DNA of 64,000 nt from an uncultured Spirochaetota bacterium (GCA_963768055.1 CAVYGN010000001.1:1600001-1664000); one strand, 5' to 3'. Numbered from the stretch's first letter, positions 1 to 11,422 are shown. Notes: generated by a model from the sequence alone, not told the origin. Program-made: numbers and translations.

Positions 1-1
1 A

Positions 2-1771
2 ATTTCCGGAAAAATTGATATAGTCAGCCTGAAATCATTTTTTAGTTATTTTGTTAAATTCGGCTTTAAAAAAAGCATAAAAAAAATTTTTAATTCCTTT
101 AATAAATTTGACCGCCAGATATCATATTTTAAAAATAATCAGCCCGATAAAAATGAATTGATAAATCAGGCGAATTATAAATTCGACTATCGGCCCCTTA
201 TCAGCATATTGGTTCCGGCTTATAATACTCCGGTAGTTTTCCTTAAACAATTGCTTGATTCGGTGATAAATCAAACCTATTCGAACTGGGAACTCTGCAT
301 TGCCGACGGGAGCAGCAATGATGAAACCGTTAAATTTTTAAAAAATTCAGCCGATCTGCAAAAAAATATTAAAATTGTTTTCCTGGGATCGAATCTCGGC
401 ATAGCGGGAAACACAAAAAAGGCGTTTGAAATTTCAAAAGGTGAATATATCGTTCTTCTCGACCACGATGATTATCTCTCGCCGGATGCATTATATGAAG
501 TAGTAAAAACCGTTAATAAATACAGGGATGTCGATTTTCTTTACAGCGACCGTGTGATTTTCTCAAATGAAACAAATAAAATAATCGGATGCCATTACCT
601 TCCCGCGTTCAGCCCGGATTTGTTAAGGGCTTACAATTACGCAAGTCATCTTAACGGATTTTCCAGATGGGTGATCGACAGGGCCGGTTTTGAAAGAGAG
701 GGTTATGATGGAAGCCAGGACTATGATTTTGAACTTCGTGTCGTAGAATCTTCAAGAAGAATAGTGAACATACCCAGGGTTTTGTATTTCTGCCGGGCCA
801 GCGAAGGTTCGGTGGCTTTTAATCCCGGAAGCAAGATGTATGCCTATGAAGCCGGACGAAAAGCGATTGGGGAGCATATTAATAGGATCGGGTATCCGGG
901 TGAAGTCGAATTTCTAGAGGAAACATTTTCATATAAGATTAATTATATTATAAAGGACAATAAAAGAGTTTCTATTATAATACCGAATAAAGATCACGCG
1001 TCGGATCTGGAAAGATGTCTTAAATCGATTGTCGAGAAAACCTCTTATATGAATTTTGATATTAATGTGATCGAAAACAACAGTGAAACCGAAGGAATAT
1101 TCCCGAATTATGAGAGGATGAAAAAAGAATATAAAATAAATGTTTTAAATTATCCGGACAAAGGATTTAACTTTTCCGCAATCAATAATTGGGCGTCGGA
1201 TCGTGTCGAGGGAGATTATCTGGTGCTGCTGAACAATGATACTCAGGTAATTTCCGGAAACTGGCTGGAAGAAATGCTGATGTTCGCCCAGCGGGGCGAC
1301 ATAGGGGCCGTCGGCGCAAAGCTGTACTACCCCGATGATACTATTCAACACGCGGGCCTTGTTATCGGATTGGGCGGTTCGATCGCTTCGCATTATGATT
1401 ATAGAAAAAGCAGATATGAAGCCGGATATATGAACAGATTGCTTTTGCCTCAAAATTACACCGCGGTTACGGCGGCATGTCTGATGGTTAAAAAGGAAGA
1501 TTATAAAAAAGTGAACGGCCTTGATGAAGTGAACTTTAAAATAGGTTTAAATGACGTTGATTTTTGCCTGAAGTTAAGGGAAATCGGAAAAACAAACGTA
1601 TTGACGCCGTATGCCGAATTATATCACTTTGAAAGCGTTTCACGGGGATTGGATGAGACGGGGCCTAATGAGGAAAGATATAAAACGGAAAGAGATTATT
1701 TCCGGAAAAAATGGGAAAAATATTTTTTAAACGGCGACCCCTATGACAATCCCGGTATTCTGGCGGTATAA
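2..1771 (+). CDS. Bi-domain family 2 glycosyltransferase (5' end outside window)
   Basis: Two GT2 modules (SILVPAYN...LLDHDD...QDYD and SIIIPNKD...LLNND...DVDFCL). The frame is open without stops from base 2, so the real start lies left of the window; the track's TTG at 158 is not the start. Confidence 0.9.
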   Translation: MSGKIDIVSLKSFFSYFVKFGFKKSIKKIFNSFNKFDRQISYFKNNQPDKNELINQANYKFDYRPLISILVPAYNTPVVFLKQLLDSVINQTYSNWELCIADGSSNDETVKFLKNSADLQKNIKIVFLGSNLGIAGNTKKAFEISKGEYIVLLDHDDYLSPDALYEVVKTVNKYRDVDFLYSDRVIFSNETNKIIGCHYLPAFSPDLLRAYNYASHLNGFSRWVIDRAGFEREGYDGSQDYDFELRVVESSRRIVNIPRVLYFCRASEGSVAFNPGSKMYAYEAGRKAIGEHINRIGYPGEVEFLEETFSYKINYIIKDNKRVSIIIPNKDHASDLERCLKSIVEKTSYMNFDINVIENNSETEGIFPNYERMKKEYKINVLNYPDKGFNFSAINNWASDRVEGDYLVLLNNDTQVISGNWLEEMLMFAQRGDIGAVGAKLYYPDDTIQHAGLVIGLGGSIASHYDYRKSRYEAGYMNRLLLPQNYTAVTAACLMVKKEDYKKVNGLDEVNFKIGLNDVDFCLKLREIGKTNVLTPYAELYHFESVSRGLDETGPNEERYKTERDYFRKKWEKYFLNGDPYDNPGILAV

Positions 1772-1780
1772 GAGGTATAA

Positions 1781-3016
1781 ATGACTTATTATTTTACAAG
1801 TATAACGGCAAGTTACATGGCCAAGGCGAGAGTTTTGTGCGAAACGCTTAAAAAATTCAATAAGGATGCAATTTTTGTTCTAAGCATAGCCGATTCTATT
1901 CCCGAATCCGTCGATTTAAAAAATGAATTATTCGACCATGTCATTATGGCCGATACGCTCGACAGTATAGGCAACAAAAACATCTTCTTTTTTAAACATA
2001 CCGTGACCGAATTATGCACCGCGCTCAAACCTTTTATTGCCCTGGAAATAATAAAACGTTTTAATGCAGGGAAAATAATTTATCTTGATCCCGATATAGC
2101 GGTGTTTTCAGAGTTAAGCGAACTTGAATCCATGCTTGATAAATACAGCATGATTTTTACTCCGCATCAGCTCCAGCCGGAGGATGAAGACCATTATATA
2201 AGGCACAATGAAATATTGTTTTTAAAACGCGGCACATACAATTTAGGCTTTTTTGCCGTTAAAGCCGACGGGGAAGGCGTCCGGTTCCTTAACTGGTGGA
2301 GCAGCCGTTTGCTTAATTATTGCTTTGACGACAATTACGAGCTTCTGGAAGCGCTTGAAAAAAAAGGGCTGCTCGGGATGTTTACGGACCAGAAATGGAT
2401 CGATCTGGTCCCGTCGTTTTTCGATAATTACCATATTTTAAAGGACCCTGGTTATAATGTCTGCACCTGGAACCTGACCAGAAGGGTTATAAAATTGACC
2501 GGAACCGGAGATTACCTCGTGGATGGAAAACCTTTGCGATTTTTTCATTTTTCCGGCTTCGATACCAAAGGCCATCATATTGAAATGCAGAAAATAATTA
2601 ACTATAGGCCGTTTAACAAAAACGCAATGTTATTGACAGATTGGTACGAAAAAGAGCTGGATAGTCATGGGCAAAAAGATTTTGAATCCATCGCCTGGGC
2701 TTACTCGAAATATTCCAACGGTTTAAAGATCGATCATAAAGACAGGAAAATATTGCATATAAGAAACGATCTTTATAATCACTTTGATAACCCGTTTGAA
2801 ATAACCAAGGGTTTTTGCTATTTTAAATGGGTAAGAAGGGGGGAATATTCACGATATTACAGGTTGAGAAAAAAGCTGCATCTCTTCAACAGTTTTAAGA
2901 ACACAGTTAAATTGCTGTTTCCTCCTTATACAAAAAGAAGGGATTGGGCCAAACACGTATATATAATATACTTAAAAATCAAAACCCGTTTTAAAAGAAA
3001 TCCCTGGAATATATGA
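1781..3016 (+). CDS. Glycosyltransferase, GT-A fold (GT8-like)
   Basis: ELCTALKP, IYLDPD (DxD), YNLGFF, FTDQKWIDL and FFHFSG motifs; GAGG RBS upstream. Confidence 0.8.
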   Translation: MTYYFTSITASYMAKARVLCETLKKFNKDAIFVLSIADSIPESVDLKNELFDHVIMADTLDSIGNKNIFFFKHTVTELCTALKPFIALEIIKRFNAGKIIYLDPDIAVFSELSELESMLDKYSMIFTPHQLQPEDEDHYIRHNEILFLKRGTYNLGFFAVKADGEGVRFLNWWSSRLLNYCFDDNYELLEALEKKGLLGMFTDQKWIDLVPSFFDNYHILKDPGYNVCTWNLTRRVIKLTGTGDYLVDGKPLRFFHFSGFDTKGHHIEMQKIINYRPFNKNAMLLTDWYEKELDSHGQKDFESIAWAYSKYSNGLKIDHKDRKILHIRNDLYNHFDNPFEITKGFCYFKWVRRGEYSRYYRLRKKLHLFNSFKNTVKLLFPPYTKRRDWAKHVYIIYLKIKTRFKRNPWNI

Positions 3017-3107
3017 CGTCAGTTCCAAAAACCCCCTGACCGTGTACTTTTAATAAAAAATACATTATAATAACGTTCAAAAAGCGAACCGGTGCAGGAG
3101 TTGTAAA

Positions 3108-3674
3108 ATGCCCTTTTTAGGTACAGACATTCCCGATGTTTTGATATATGAACCGAAAGTCAGCGAGGACGGAAGGGGATATTTTTTCGAAAGTTATAAC
3201 CGCCGCGTTTTCGAAGAAGCGGGGATAAAAAATGAGTTTGTTCAGGACAACCAGTCTTTATCAGGCTTTGGAGTTATCCGGGGGCTTCATTATCAATTGA
3301 ACCCGCATGCACAGGCGAAAATAGTAAGGGTCCTTACCGGGACCGTACTGGATGTTGCCGTCGATATACGCAAAGGTTCGCCCTATTTCGGCCAATGCGT
3401 GTCGGTGGAATTGTCCGGAGAAAACAGGCGCCAGTTATATATACCGCGGGGTTTCGCCCATGGATTCGCGGTTTTGAGCAAAACAGCCGAATTCTTTTAC
3501 AAGTGCGATAATTACTATAATCCGTCTCATGAGGCTGGAATTAATTACAAAGACCCGGAACTCGATATCGATTGGAAAATCGATCCTTCTTTAATCGTAA
3601 TTTCTAAAAAAGACTCGGACCTGCCTCTCCTGGCTGATGCTATGAATAACTTTATCTACGGAGAGGGCCTATGA
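3108..3674 (+). CDS. rfbC: dTDP-4-dehydrorhamnose 3,5-epimerase
   Basis: DGRGYFFE, QDNQSLS, RGLHYQ, GFAHGF motifs. Confidence 0.97.
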   Translation: MPFLGTDIPDVLIYEPKVSEDGRGYFFESYNRRVFEEAGIKNEFVQDNQSLSGFGVIRGLHYQLNPHAQAKIVRVLTGTVLDVAVDIRKGSPYFGQCVSVELSGENRRQLYIPRGFAHGFAVLSKTAEFFYKCDNYYNPSHEAGINYKDPELDIDWKIDPSLIVISKKDSDLPLLADAMNNFIYGEGL

Positions 3675-4525
3675 CCGTTCTTGTGACGGGTGCTAACGGG
3701 CAGCTCGGCAGCGAGATCAGGAAACTTTCTGAAAATCTGACAGGCGTTTCTTTTATTTATACGGATGTTGATAACCTCGATATAACGGACCCGTTGTTCC
3801 TCGACTCGTATTTTAAAAAGATACAAGCCGGCATTGTAATAAACTGCGCCGCGTACACGGCGGTGGACAGGGCGGAAACCGAAAAAAAAGCCGCCCATGC
3901 TATAAATTCTCAGTCTTGCGCATACCTGGCCCGCTTATCGGTAAAATATGGCTTCAGGCTGCTGCATATATCGACAGATTTTGTTTTCGACGGCAAAAAA
4001 TCCACCCCGTATATTGAAACCGATAAACCGCATCCCGTTTCGGTTTACGGCCGGACCAAGCTCGAGGGTGAAAAACACATAATATCCGCGGGCGGCAGTT
4101 ATATAATTATAAGAACATCCTGGCTATATTCTTCCATGGGAAATAATTTTGTAAAAACCATCCTGAAGGCGTCCCGTGAAAGGGAAGAGCTCAGGGTTGT
4201 CTACGACCAGACAGGCGGGCCCACATATGCCCGCGATCTCGCGTCGGCGATACTGCAGATACTTCCGGATTTCAAGGCCGGCACAAGGGAAATTTATCAT
4301 TACTCCAACGAGGGCGCCGCATCGTGGTTTGATTTCGCAAAAGCAATTTGCGAATTCGCCCTCGTCAAAACTCCGATCGCCCCGATCCTGACCCGTGATT
4401 ATCCTGCCCCGGCGCGCAGGCCCTCATACAGCGTTTTATCCAAGGAAAAGATAAAACGGGAATACGGGCTGAAAATCCCTTACTGGCGTGATTCCGTTAA
4501 AGACTGCATTAACCTTTTAACGTGA
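3671..4525 (+). CDS. rfbD: dTDP-4-dehydrorhamnose reductase
   Basis: GANGQLG, NCAAYTAVD, ISTDFVFDG, YGRTK motifs. Confidence 0.97.
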   Translation: MTVLVTGANGQLGSEIRKLSENLTGVSFIYTDVDNLDITDPLFLDSYFKKIQAGIVINCAAYTAVDRAETEKKAAHAINSQSCAYLARLSVKYGFRLLHISTDFVFDGKKSTPYIETDKPHPVSVYGRTKLEGEKHIISAGGSYIIIRTSWLYSSMGNNFVKTILKASREREELRVVYDQTGGPTYARDLASAILQILPDFKAGTREIYHYSNEGAASWFDFAKAICEFALVKTPIAPILTRDYPAPARRPSYSVLSKEKIKREYGLKIPYWRDSVKDCINLLT

Positions 4526-4534
4526 GGGCAGTTT

Positions 4535-5563
4535 ATGGCAAAATCGAAAAGTTTGAAAACCATACTTATAACAGGCGGAGCCGGATTTATAGGATCAAAT
4601 TTCATTCCCTACTTTCTTGAAAAATACCCGGGATACTTTATCATAAATCTCGATAAGCTTACATACGCCGGAAATCCCGTCAATTTAAAAGAGGTTTCCG
4701 GCAACCCCCGCTACCGATTTGTAAAGGGGGATATCCGCGACAGGAACCTTCTTGACTCCCTTTTTAAAACTTCCGACATAAGAGGGGTTATACATTTCGC
4801 GGCCGAGTCGCATGTCGATAATTCGATCGCCCGCCCGGCCGAATTCATACTGACTAACGTAATGGGGACTTTCAACCTGCTGGAAGCCGCCCGGAATAAC
4901 TGGATGCACAGGCCCTTTTTATATAAGGAAGAATATGCGGGCTGCAGATTCCACCATATTTCGACCGACGAGGTTTACGGAAGCCTGGGTGAAACGGGCT
5001 TATTTACCGAATCGACTCCTTATGCCCCGAATTCCCCGTACAGCGCATCGAAAGCCTCAAGCGATATGCTTGTCAGGGCTTACAACCGGACGTACGGCCT
5101 GGATACGGTCACGACCAATTGTTCCAACAATTACGGCCCCAAGCAGCACATGGAAAAACTTATTCCGACGATTATCAGGAAGGCTTTATTCGGCGCATCC
5201 ATCCCGATTTACGGAGACGGCAAAAATATAAGGGACTGGCTTTATGTCGGGGATCATTGCACCGGAATAGACCTGGCTTTCCATAAGGGCGAACCGGGCG
5301 GGACTTACAACATCGGCGGGCATAACGAAATGACAAATATAGAAATCGCGCTTAAGGTTTGCTCGATCATGGATTCGGAAAAGCCGGCTGGAGACGGAAA
5401 ACCCCGCCGTGAACTTATCTCATATGTCGAAGACCGGGCGGGCCATGACCGGAGATACGCTATTGACGCAAGCAAAATCGAAAACGAATTGGGGTGGAGA
5501 GCAGCGGAAAATTTCAATTCGGGAATCGTTAAAACCGTAAAATGGTATCTTGATAACATTTAA
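4535..5563 (+). CDS. rfbB: dTDP-glucose 4,6-dehydratase
   Basis: TGGAGFIGS, DKLTYAG, HFAAESHVD, STDEVYG, YSASK, DRAGHDRRY motifs. Confidence 0.97.
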   Translation: MAKSKSLKTILITGGAGFIGSNFIPYFLEKYPGYFIINLDKLTYAGNPVNLKEVSGNPRYRFVKGDIRDRNLLDSLFKTSDIRGVIHFAAESHVDNSIARPAEFILTNVMGTFNLLEAARNNWMHRPFLYKEEYAGCRFHHISTDEVYGSLGETGLFTESTPYAPNSPYSASKASSDMLVRAYNRTYGLDTVTTNCSNNYGPKQHMEKLIPTIIRKALFGASIPIYGDGKNIRDWLYVGDHCTGIDLAFHKGEPGGTYNIGGHNEMTNIEIALKVCSIMDSEKPAGDGKPRRELISYVEDRAGHDRRYAIDASKIENELGWRAAENFNSGIVKTVKWYLDNI

Positions 5564-5564
5564 A

Positions 5565-7361
5565 TTACCAGGGCTTGAATATGATCCCCCGTTCAAACAT
5601 CAATTCCCTTATTTTATCGACTCCGGTTTCGGTTTCAGCGGTAAGCAGCACCAGATCCGTAGCAATATCCGTATCCGGTTCACCGACCCAGATAATATGT
5701 ATAAGATTTTCATCAAGCACTGTTTTCATGATATCCAGATCGTCCTGCGTCAGCCCGACTGCCGTTATCACGAGTATGATCCCCGCATCCATCATAAGAA
5801 AGGCGACTTCAGCGAGCCGGCGAATGTGCTCTTCCCGGTATTTTTTATGGTCGTGGTTGAGATCCGCATCGACGCCGTAAAGAATATTGCCGATGCCGAG
5901 GAAATATATGAATTTCCCTTCCTGGAACAAGATTTCCTCAAGCCTCTTGGCCAGTTTTTTTTTGCCGACGTCTTTATCCCCGGTGATCACCAGCAATGCG
6001 GATTTCTGGCTGTACCGTTCAGCTCTCTGTACTGAAGGTATGGCGCTCTTTTCCCATTTGTAATTGCGGAGTATTACTTTTTCCCGGACTTCGCTCTGCT
6101 CGTCAGGCAGGCTTTCACGGACTATGCCGCCGCCGGAAATTTCATATGCCTCGACAATAACGAATCTCCCCGTTTCAGGAATATCATTATTCAGGTCGAA
6201 TGCTATAGGCGTTCTCAGGCGGATAATGCATTCCCCCACATCATTCCGGTTGACTTTTTCGGCATTTTCAACGAATGAAAGCGTGGAAGCGTCGATCAGG
6301 CGGGGTATCGACTCGATGCGGCATGGCACTTTCGCCGTCCCCAGCTTGAACAGGTATTCCTTGTTTTTCTCAAGCGGATTTCTTCCCAGCCAGAAGAGAT
6401 TTACTCGCAAGCGCATAGAGACCAGGGGTTTTACCTCGCGGATTTTCGCAATAATTTCACCCCGGGTTACATAAATTTGTTCATCCATTGTAAAACCCGC
6501 TGCATAGCCTGCTTCCAATCCCGCTATACTGGAGCTGCCGGATGCTTCAATGGATTTTATCCTGTTTTTCTTTCCGGACGGATAAAAAACAATTTCATCC
6601 CCTGTCTGTATGCTTCCGGTCTCGATCGTTCCCGCCACGATTCTGCGATTATCTCCGTATTTCGTGAATTTATAGACATCCTGGACCGGCATCCGGAAAG
6701 GCTTGTTTGACCTGTCCTTTTCATTTTGAAAGGAATCCAGAGAATTAAGCAATGTAAGGCCCTCATACCAGGGCATATTAAATCCGGCTGACGCGATATT
6801 ATCGCCGCAAAAACCGCTGACCGGAATAAAGGAATTTGGCCGGATCGATATGCTTTTTAAAAATTCCGAAAATTCTCTTTCAATTTCCCCGAATTTATCC
6901 CGGCTGTAGCCGGCAAGATCCATTTTGTTGACAAGGACGATAACCTGGCGGATGCCGAGCATTGATAAAAGATATCCATGCCTCCTGGAATTTTCTTTAA
7001 TTCCTTCCGCGGCATCGATTACGAGAAGCGCCGCTTCGGCCCTTGAAGCGCCGGTGACCATATTCTTTAAAAATTCGATATGGCCCGGGGCATCGAGAAT
7101 TATATAATTTCTTTTTTCTGTTTTAAAAAAAACACGCGCAGTATCTATGGTTATCCCCTGCGCCTGCTCGTCTTTCAAAGCATCGATCAAAAAAGCGTAT
7201 TCAAACGGTTTTGAATTTCTCTCGCAGTTTGCCCGGACCTGTTCGAGCTTTCCCTGCGGAAGCGAATGAGTGTCCGCCAGAAGTCGGCCGACAATGGTGC
7301 TTTTTCCATGGTCGACATGACCGACGATCACAATATTCATGTTTTCTTTTTCATCTGTCAT
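5565..7361 (-). CDS. cysN: Sulfate adenylyltransferase large (GTPase) subunit with degenerate C-terminal APS-kinase-like domain
   Basis: [25 protein letters not shown]-motifs; the C-terminal domain resembles CysC but with altered P-loop; adjacent to cysD. Confidence 0.93.
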   Translation of the reverse strand: MTDEKENMNIVIVGHVDHGKSTIVGRLLADTHSLPQGKLEQVRANCERNSKPFEYAFLIDALKDEQAQGITIDTARVFFKTEKRNYIILDAPGHIEFLKNMVTGASRAEAALLVIDAAEGIKENSRRHGYLLSMLGIRQVIVLVNKMDLAGYSRDKFGEIEREFSEFLKSISIRPNSFIPVSGFCGDNIASAGFNMPWYEGLTLLNSLDSFQNEKDRSNKPFRMPVQDVYKFTKYGDNRRIVAGTIETGSIQTGDEIVFYPSGKKNRIKSIEASGSSSIAGLEAGYAAGFTMDEQIYVTRGEIIAKIREVKPLVSMRLRVNLFWLGRNPLEKNKEYLFKLGTAKVPCRIESIPRLIDASTLSFVENAEKVNRNDVGECIIRLRTPIAFDLNNDIPETGRFVIVEAYEISGGGIVRESLPDEQSEVREKVILRNYKWEKSAIPSVQRAERYSQKSALLVITGDKDVGKKKLAKRLEEILFQEGKFIYFLGIGNILYGVDADLNHDHKKYREEHIRRLAEVAFLMMDAGIILVITAVGLTQDDLDIMKTVLDENLIHIIWVGEPDTDIATDLVLLTAETETGVDKIRELMFERGIIFKPW

Positions 7362-7378
7362 TATAGATCTCCTGATCC

Positions 7379-8260
7379 TTACATGTAGCCGTCTCGCCTC
7401 AGCGTCTCGAGGCCGCCGCAGTCATCCCTGTCCTGGGCGCGTCCCGAACGTTCGGCAATATCGGCAAACTTCCCGGTTTTTAATTCGGCAATAATTTCAG
7501 CCGGATTCCTTGCATCCGAATCGACCGGAAAAGTGCAGGGATAGCAGCCGAGCGAACGGTAGCGTTTTCCTTCCCCCTGGTTATAATAGAGTGAAACCGT
7601 TGGTATTTTTTCCCTTTCGATGTATTCCCAGATATTGACCTCCGTCCAATCCAATAAAGGATGAATTCGAAGGTGCGTTCCCGGGGCAAAGTCCGTCTTG
7701 AACTGGTTCCAGAATTCGGGGGGCTGGTCCCCGATCTTCCAGATATTTTCCTTATCGCGGGGTGAAAAATAACGTTCTTTCGACCGGGATCCTTCCTCAT
7801 CGGCCCGCACACCGACAATTACTCCCGTAAAAGCCCCCGAACCTTTTTCCAGGTCGTACCGCCCTGTCTGCAGGTTCAGCCTGTAGCGTTTCCCGCTTCC
7901 ATTGAGAGTATTCCGGAGGGCTGCCGTTTTAAGATTACTGCAGCAGGTGATCCTGTCGACATTTCCGTCGGGAAAGGTTTCTTTTTTCATCAGGGCTTCT
8001 TCATTTTTACCGAAAATCATTGTGAGCCGGTATTCCATTGCCAATCTATCGCGGTATGCGATCATTTCAGGGATTTTATAAGTCGTGTCGATATGAACAA
8101 GGGGAAACGGCACATGCCCGAAAAACGCTTTCCTTGTAAGCCATAAAAGCGTTGTGCTGTCTTTACCGATAGACCAGAGCATGCAGAGATTCTTAAAATT
8201 CGCATAGGCTTCCCGGATAATATGTATGCTTAAATTTTCCAATTTATCCAGATGATTCAT
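7379..8260 (-). CDS. cysD: Sulfate adenylyltransferase small subunit
   Basis: WSIGKDS PP-loop, [29 protein letters not shown] motifs. Confidence 0.95.
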   Translation of the reverse strand: MNHLDKLENLSIHIIREAYANFKNLCMLWSIGKDSTTLLWLTRKAFFGHVPFPLVHIDTTYKIPEMIAYRDRLAMEYRLTMIFGKNEEALMKKETFPDGNVDRITCCSNLKTAALRNTLNGSGKRYRLNLQTGRYDLEKGSGAFTGVIVGVRADEEGSRSKERYFSPRDKENIWKIGDQPPEFWNQFKTDFAPGTHLRIHPLLDWTEVNIWEYIEREKIPTVSLYYNQGEGKRYRSLGCYPCTFPVDSDARNPAEIIAELKTGKFADIAERSGRAQDRDDCGGLETLRRDGYM

Positions 8261-8881
8261 TCATGGCTCCTGTTTTTCCATAAAACTTAAAAAATGATTT
8301 TTTTCAAGATAACTAAAAATCAAATCCGACGCGTTTTCCGGCGTTTCGCTGCCCGAATCTATGATGATCTCGGGTTTTTTGGGTTCTTCATATGGGTCTG
8401 TAATTCCTGTGAAATTTTTGAGCTCGCCTTTCCTCGCTTTTTTATACAACCCTTTAGGGTCCCTCGATTCGCAAATATCGAGTGAACATTTTACATAGAT
8501 TTCAATAAATTCGCCATTTTCGACCAGTTTTCTCACTTTATCGCGGTCTTCCCGGTAAGGGGAAATAAAAGCGGTTATTACTATTATACCGGCGTCGATA
8601 AAAAGTTTCGACACTTCGCCGATCCGCCTGATATTTTCTTCGCGGTTTAACTGATCGAAGCCCAGGTCCCGGTTTAGCCCGCACCGGATGTTGTCTCCGT
8701 CGAGGAGATATGTATGGATTCCGCGTTTGTACAATTTCCGGTCTAAAAACCGGGCTATAGTCGACTTGCCGCTGGCGGACAGGCCGGTAAACCATATGAT
8801 CGCGGAAGAATGGCCGTTCAGCCTGCGTCTCTCTTCTTTCACAACGGATAACTGATAAGGATATAAATTGTTTTCAGACAT
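8261..8881 (-). CDS. cysC: Adenylyl-sulfate (APS) kinase
   Basis: WFTGLSASGKST, LDGDNIR, FISPY, RDPKGLY, NFTGITDPYE motifs. Confidence 0.97.
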   Translation of the reverse strand: MSENNLYPYQLSVVKEERRRLNGHSSAIIWFTGLSASGKSTIARFLDRKLYKRGIHTYLLDGDNIRCGLNRDLGFDQLNREENIRRIGEVSKLFIDAGIIVITAFISPYREDRDKVRKLVENGEFIEIYVKCSLDICESRDPKGLYKKARKGELKNFTGITDPYEEPKKPEIIIDSGSETPENASDLIFSYLEKNHFLSFMEKQEP

Positions 8882-8882
8882 T

Positions 8883-9647
8883 TCAGCTTATCACTCCTTT
8901 AATATACTCTTTTGTCAATTCCTGTTTCGGGTTCTCGAAAATCTGCCCGGCTGTACCGGATTCCACAAGCTCGCCCATATACATAAAGATGACATGATCC
9001 GCTATTCTTTTTGCCTGCCTCAAAATATGTGTTACGAATACAACGGTGTAGTTTTCTTTCAATTTAAGGAGGGTTTGTTCGATATAACGGCTTGAAAAAG
9101 GGTCCAGAGATGATGTGGGTTCGTCCCCCAGAATAATTTCGGGTTCTACGGCAAGACCCCTGGCCAGGCAAAGCCTCTGCTGCTGGCCCAGAGAAAGTCT
9201 TGACGCGGGTGAGTGGAGCCTTTCTTTTACCTCTTCCCAGAGATTTACCATTCTCAGATATTTTTCAACTATTCCATTAACGGATTTTCTGCCTCTCAAG
9301 CCATGGATTCTCGGGCCGTAGGCTATATTATCAAATATCGACATCGGCAATGGCGAGGGTTTTTGAAGTAAAAGTCCCATTTTTTTCCTGATCCCGGTAA
9401 CATCCGCATGGGGGTCAAGAACATTTTCACCGTCGACAATGATTTCCCCGTTTATTGTAACATTTTCTTCCAGATCGATCAAACGGTTAAATGATTTAAG
9501 CAGGGTGGATTTACCGCAGCCGGAAGGACCGATGATCACTGTCACCTTCTTATCCGGAATAACGAGAGATATGTCTTTCAACGCTTCAATTTTGCCGAAT
9601 TTAACGTTCAAATGGTTTACTATAATATGGGATCGATTTTCAGTCAT
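8883..9647 (-). CDS. pstB: PstB-like oxyanion ABC transporter ATPase
   Basis: GPSGCGKST, LSLGQQQRLCLAR, DEPTSSLDP, T.EYI.G C-terminus typical of PstB. Confidence 0.88.
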   Translation of the reverse strand: MTENRSHIIVNHLNVKFGKIEALKDISLVIPDKKVTVIIGPSGCGKSTLLKSFNRLIDLEENVTINGEIIVDGENVLDPHADVTGIRKKMGLLLQKPSPLPMSIFDNIAYGPRIHGLRGRKSVNGIVEKYLRMVNLWEEVKERLHSPASRLSLGQQQRLCLARGLAVEPEIILGDEPTSSLDPFSSRYIEQTLLKLKENYTVVFVTHILRQAKRIADHVIFMYMGELVESGTAGQIFENPKQELTKEYIKGVIS

Positions 9648-9659
9648 ATACTCCGCACC

Positions 9660-10511
9660 TTATTTGATCGTATTTTTAGCCAATTTCAAATTTAGAATTC
9701 GTATAATTACATTGATAATAAATATAAAAACGGTAAGTATTAAAGCGGCTGAATAAGCCCTGTTCTGAACCTCCGGGTATGGCGTCCCCAATTGGAAAAA
9801 TATTGCAAGCGGCAGGGTGGCGGCAGGCGAAAAAAGGGAATCCGGAATGTTATCCGTAAATCCGGCCGTATATAAAACTGAAGCTGCGTCTCCCACTCCC
9901 CTTCCGAAAGCGATTATTATAGCTGTAAGCAGCCCCGGCAAAGCCTGCCTTATAACAACCCTGAAAGCCGTTTCGAACCGGGTCGCGCCCAGGGCGAAGG
10001 ATGCACAGGTTAATTCCTTTGAAACAAGGGCAACGACTTCATCAAGCATCCTGGCGAGGATAGGCAGGACTAAAAGAGCTACGGTTACTATTCCTCCCAG
10101 AAGGGAGACTTTCAAACCCAGATAAAGCATTAAAGAAAATCCGAAAGCCCCGTAAACAATGGATGGAATACCCCATAAAACATCGAAGCAAAAGCGGGTT
10201 ATTTGAACAAGCAATGAATTTTTTTTTGCGAAAATATGGAGGTAAAGGATTATAGGCAGGGAAATCAGCAATCCAAGAATTACTCCACCCAATCCGATAT
10301 AAGCCGATCCTATTATCGCATTTAAAATCCCGCCCTTCCTGCCGGTATAAAAGCCTCCCTGCGGTGTTTTAAGGATCATATCCCAGTTAAAACCCTTGAT
10401 CCCTTTTGACAGTATTGTAAAAAGGATCATGCAGAGAAGTGCAAGAATGATAAAAGAACAAAACCGCATTAAAAAAACAAAAATCCTTTCTTCCAATTTT
10501 CTCATGTTCAT
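9660..10511 (-). CDS. pstA: PstA-like ABC permease
   Basis: GGILNAIIGS, GIPSIVYG, ALGATRFET, GRGVGDAA; six TM helices. Confidence 0.88.
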   Translation of the reverse strand: MNMRKLEERIFVFLMRFCSFIILALLCMILFTILSKGIKGFNWDMILKTPQGGFYTGRKGGILNAIIGSAYIGLGGVILGLLISLPIILYLHIFAKKNSLLVQITRFCFDVLWGIPSIVYGAFGFSLMLYLGLKVSLLGGIVTVALLVLPILARMLDEVVALVSKELTCASFALGATRFETAFRVVIRQALPGLLTAIIIAFGRGVGDAASVLYTAGFTDNIPDSLFSPAATLPLAIFFQLGTPYPEVQNRAYSAALILTVFIFIINVIIRILNLKLAKNTIK

Positions 10512-11422
10512 AAACGGAGCCCTTTTTCAATTCTTAAAAGCATCCATCGGGAAACAACGTTGAAAAAGATCACTACGGCAAGTAAAATTAGCGCCGCCAG
10601 CATCAGTGCGGAATCGAAAAGCGGGATTGAAAGCATCTCCCCGTAACTGTTTGCAATCAGTGCGGGCAGGGGATATACGGGATCGAATATCGAATGGGGG
10701 ATCTTTGCCACATTTCCGGCAACCATTAAAACAGCCATAGTCTCGCCGAAAGCCCTCGACATTGCAAGCACAACTCCGGCCACTATGCCCGGAAAATTTT
10801 TCCTCAGGATTACGTTTTTAACTGTTTCCCATTTGGTAGCGCCGACGGCTAATGAAGCCATCCTGATTTCTACCGGCACTGTGCGGAATATTTCAACGAA
10901 TATATTCACCATTACAGGTATGATCATCACCGCAAGCACGATAGACGCCGATAACATGGAGTATCCGGAAACATTGATCCCCAGATAAGGGGCTATAGTC
11001 TCTTTGACCCATGGAACGATCACTAAGACCCCCCACAATCCGAAAACGACCGATGGAATTCCCGCTAAAAGATCGACCATAGGAATGAAAAAATTCCGCA
11101 ATGTTTTGGATGCATATTCCGAAAGATATATCCCGGTTAAAAGGCATACCGGAACCGCCAGAATAAGGGCGCCGAAAGTTACCCAGACAGTGCCGGTTAT
11201 AAAAGGCAGAAAACCGAACTTTCCTTTCATCGGATGCCAATTTTCAGAAAAGAACAATTTTGAAAGAGGATTTTCACGCAGGATCGGCAGCGATTTTACT
11301 AAAAGCAGTATAAATATGAAAATTAACAGGAACCAGCAAAAAAAGACCAGGAGCCTTGCGCTGTTTTCAAATAAACGGTCTTTTAAAATCCTGAAGTATG
11401 GCGCCATTTTCAAGCCCGTCAA
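10508..11422 (-). CDS. pstC: PstC-like ABC permease
   Basis: FGFLPFITGT, LAGIPSVVFGLWG, SRAFGETMAVLMVAGN motifs; an alternative start is the ATG at 11407. Confidence 0.9.
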   Translation of the reverse strand: MTGLKMAPYFRILKDRLFENSARLLVFFCWFLLIFIFILLLVKSLPILRENPLSKLFFSENWHPMKGKFGFLPFITGTVWVTFGALILAVPVCLLTGIYLSEYASKTLRNFFIPMVDLLAGIPSVVFGLWGVLVIVPWVKETIAPYLGINVSGYSMLSASIVLAVMIIPVMVNIFVEIFRTVPVEIRMASLAVGATKWETVKNVILRKNFPGIVAGVVLAMSRAFGETMAVLMVAGNVAKIPHSIFDPVYPLPALIANSYGEMLSIPLFDSALMLAALILLAVVIFFNVVSRWMLLRIEKGLRL

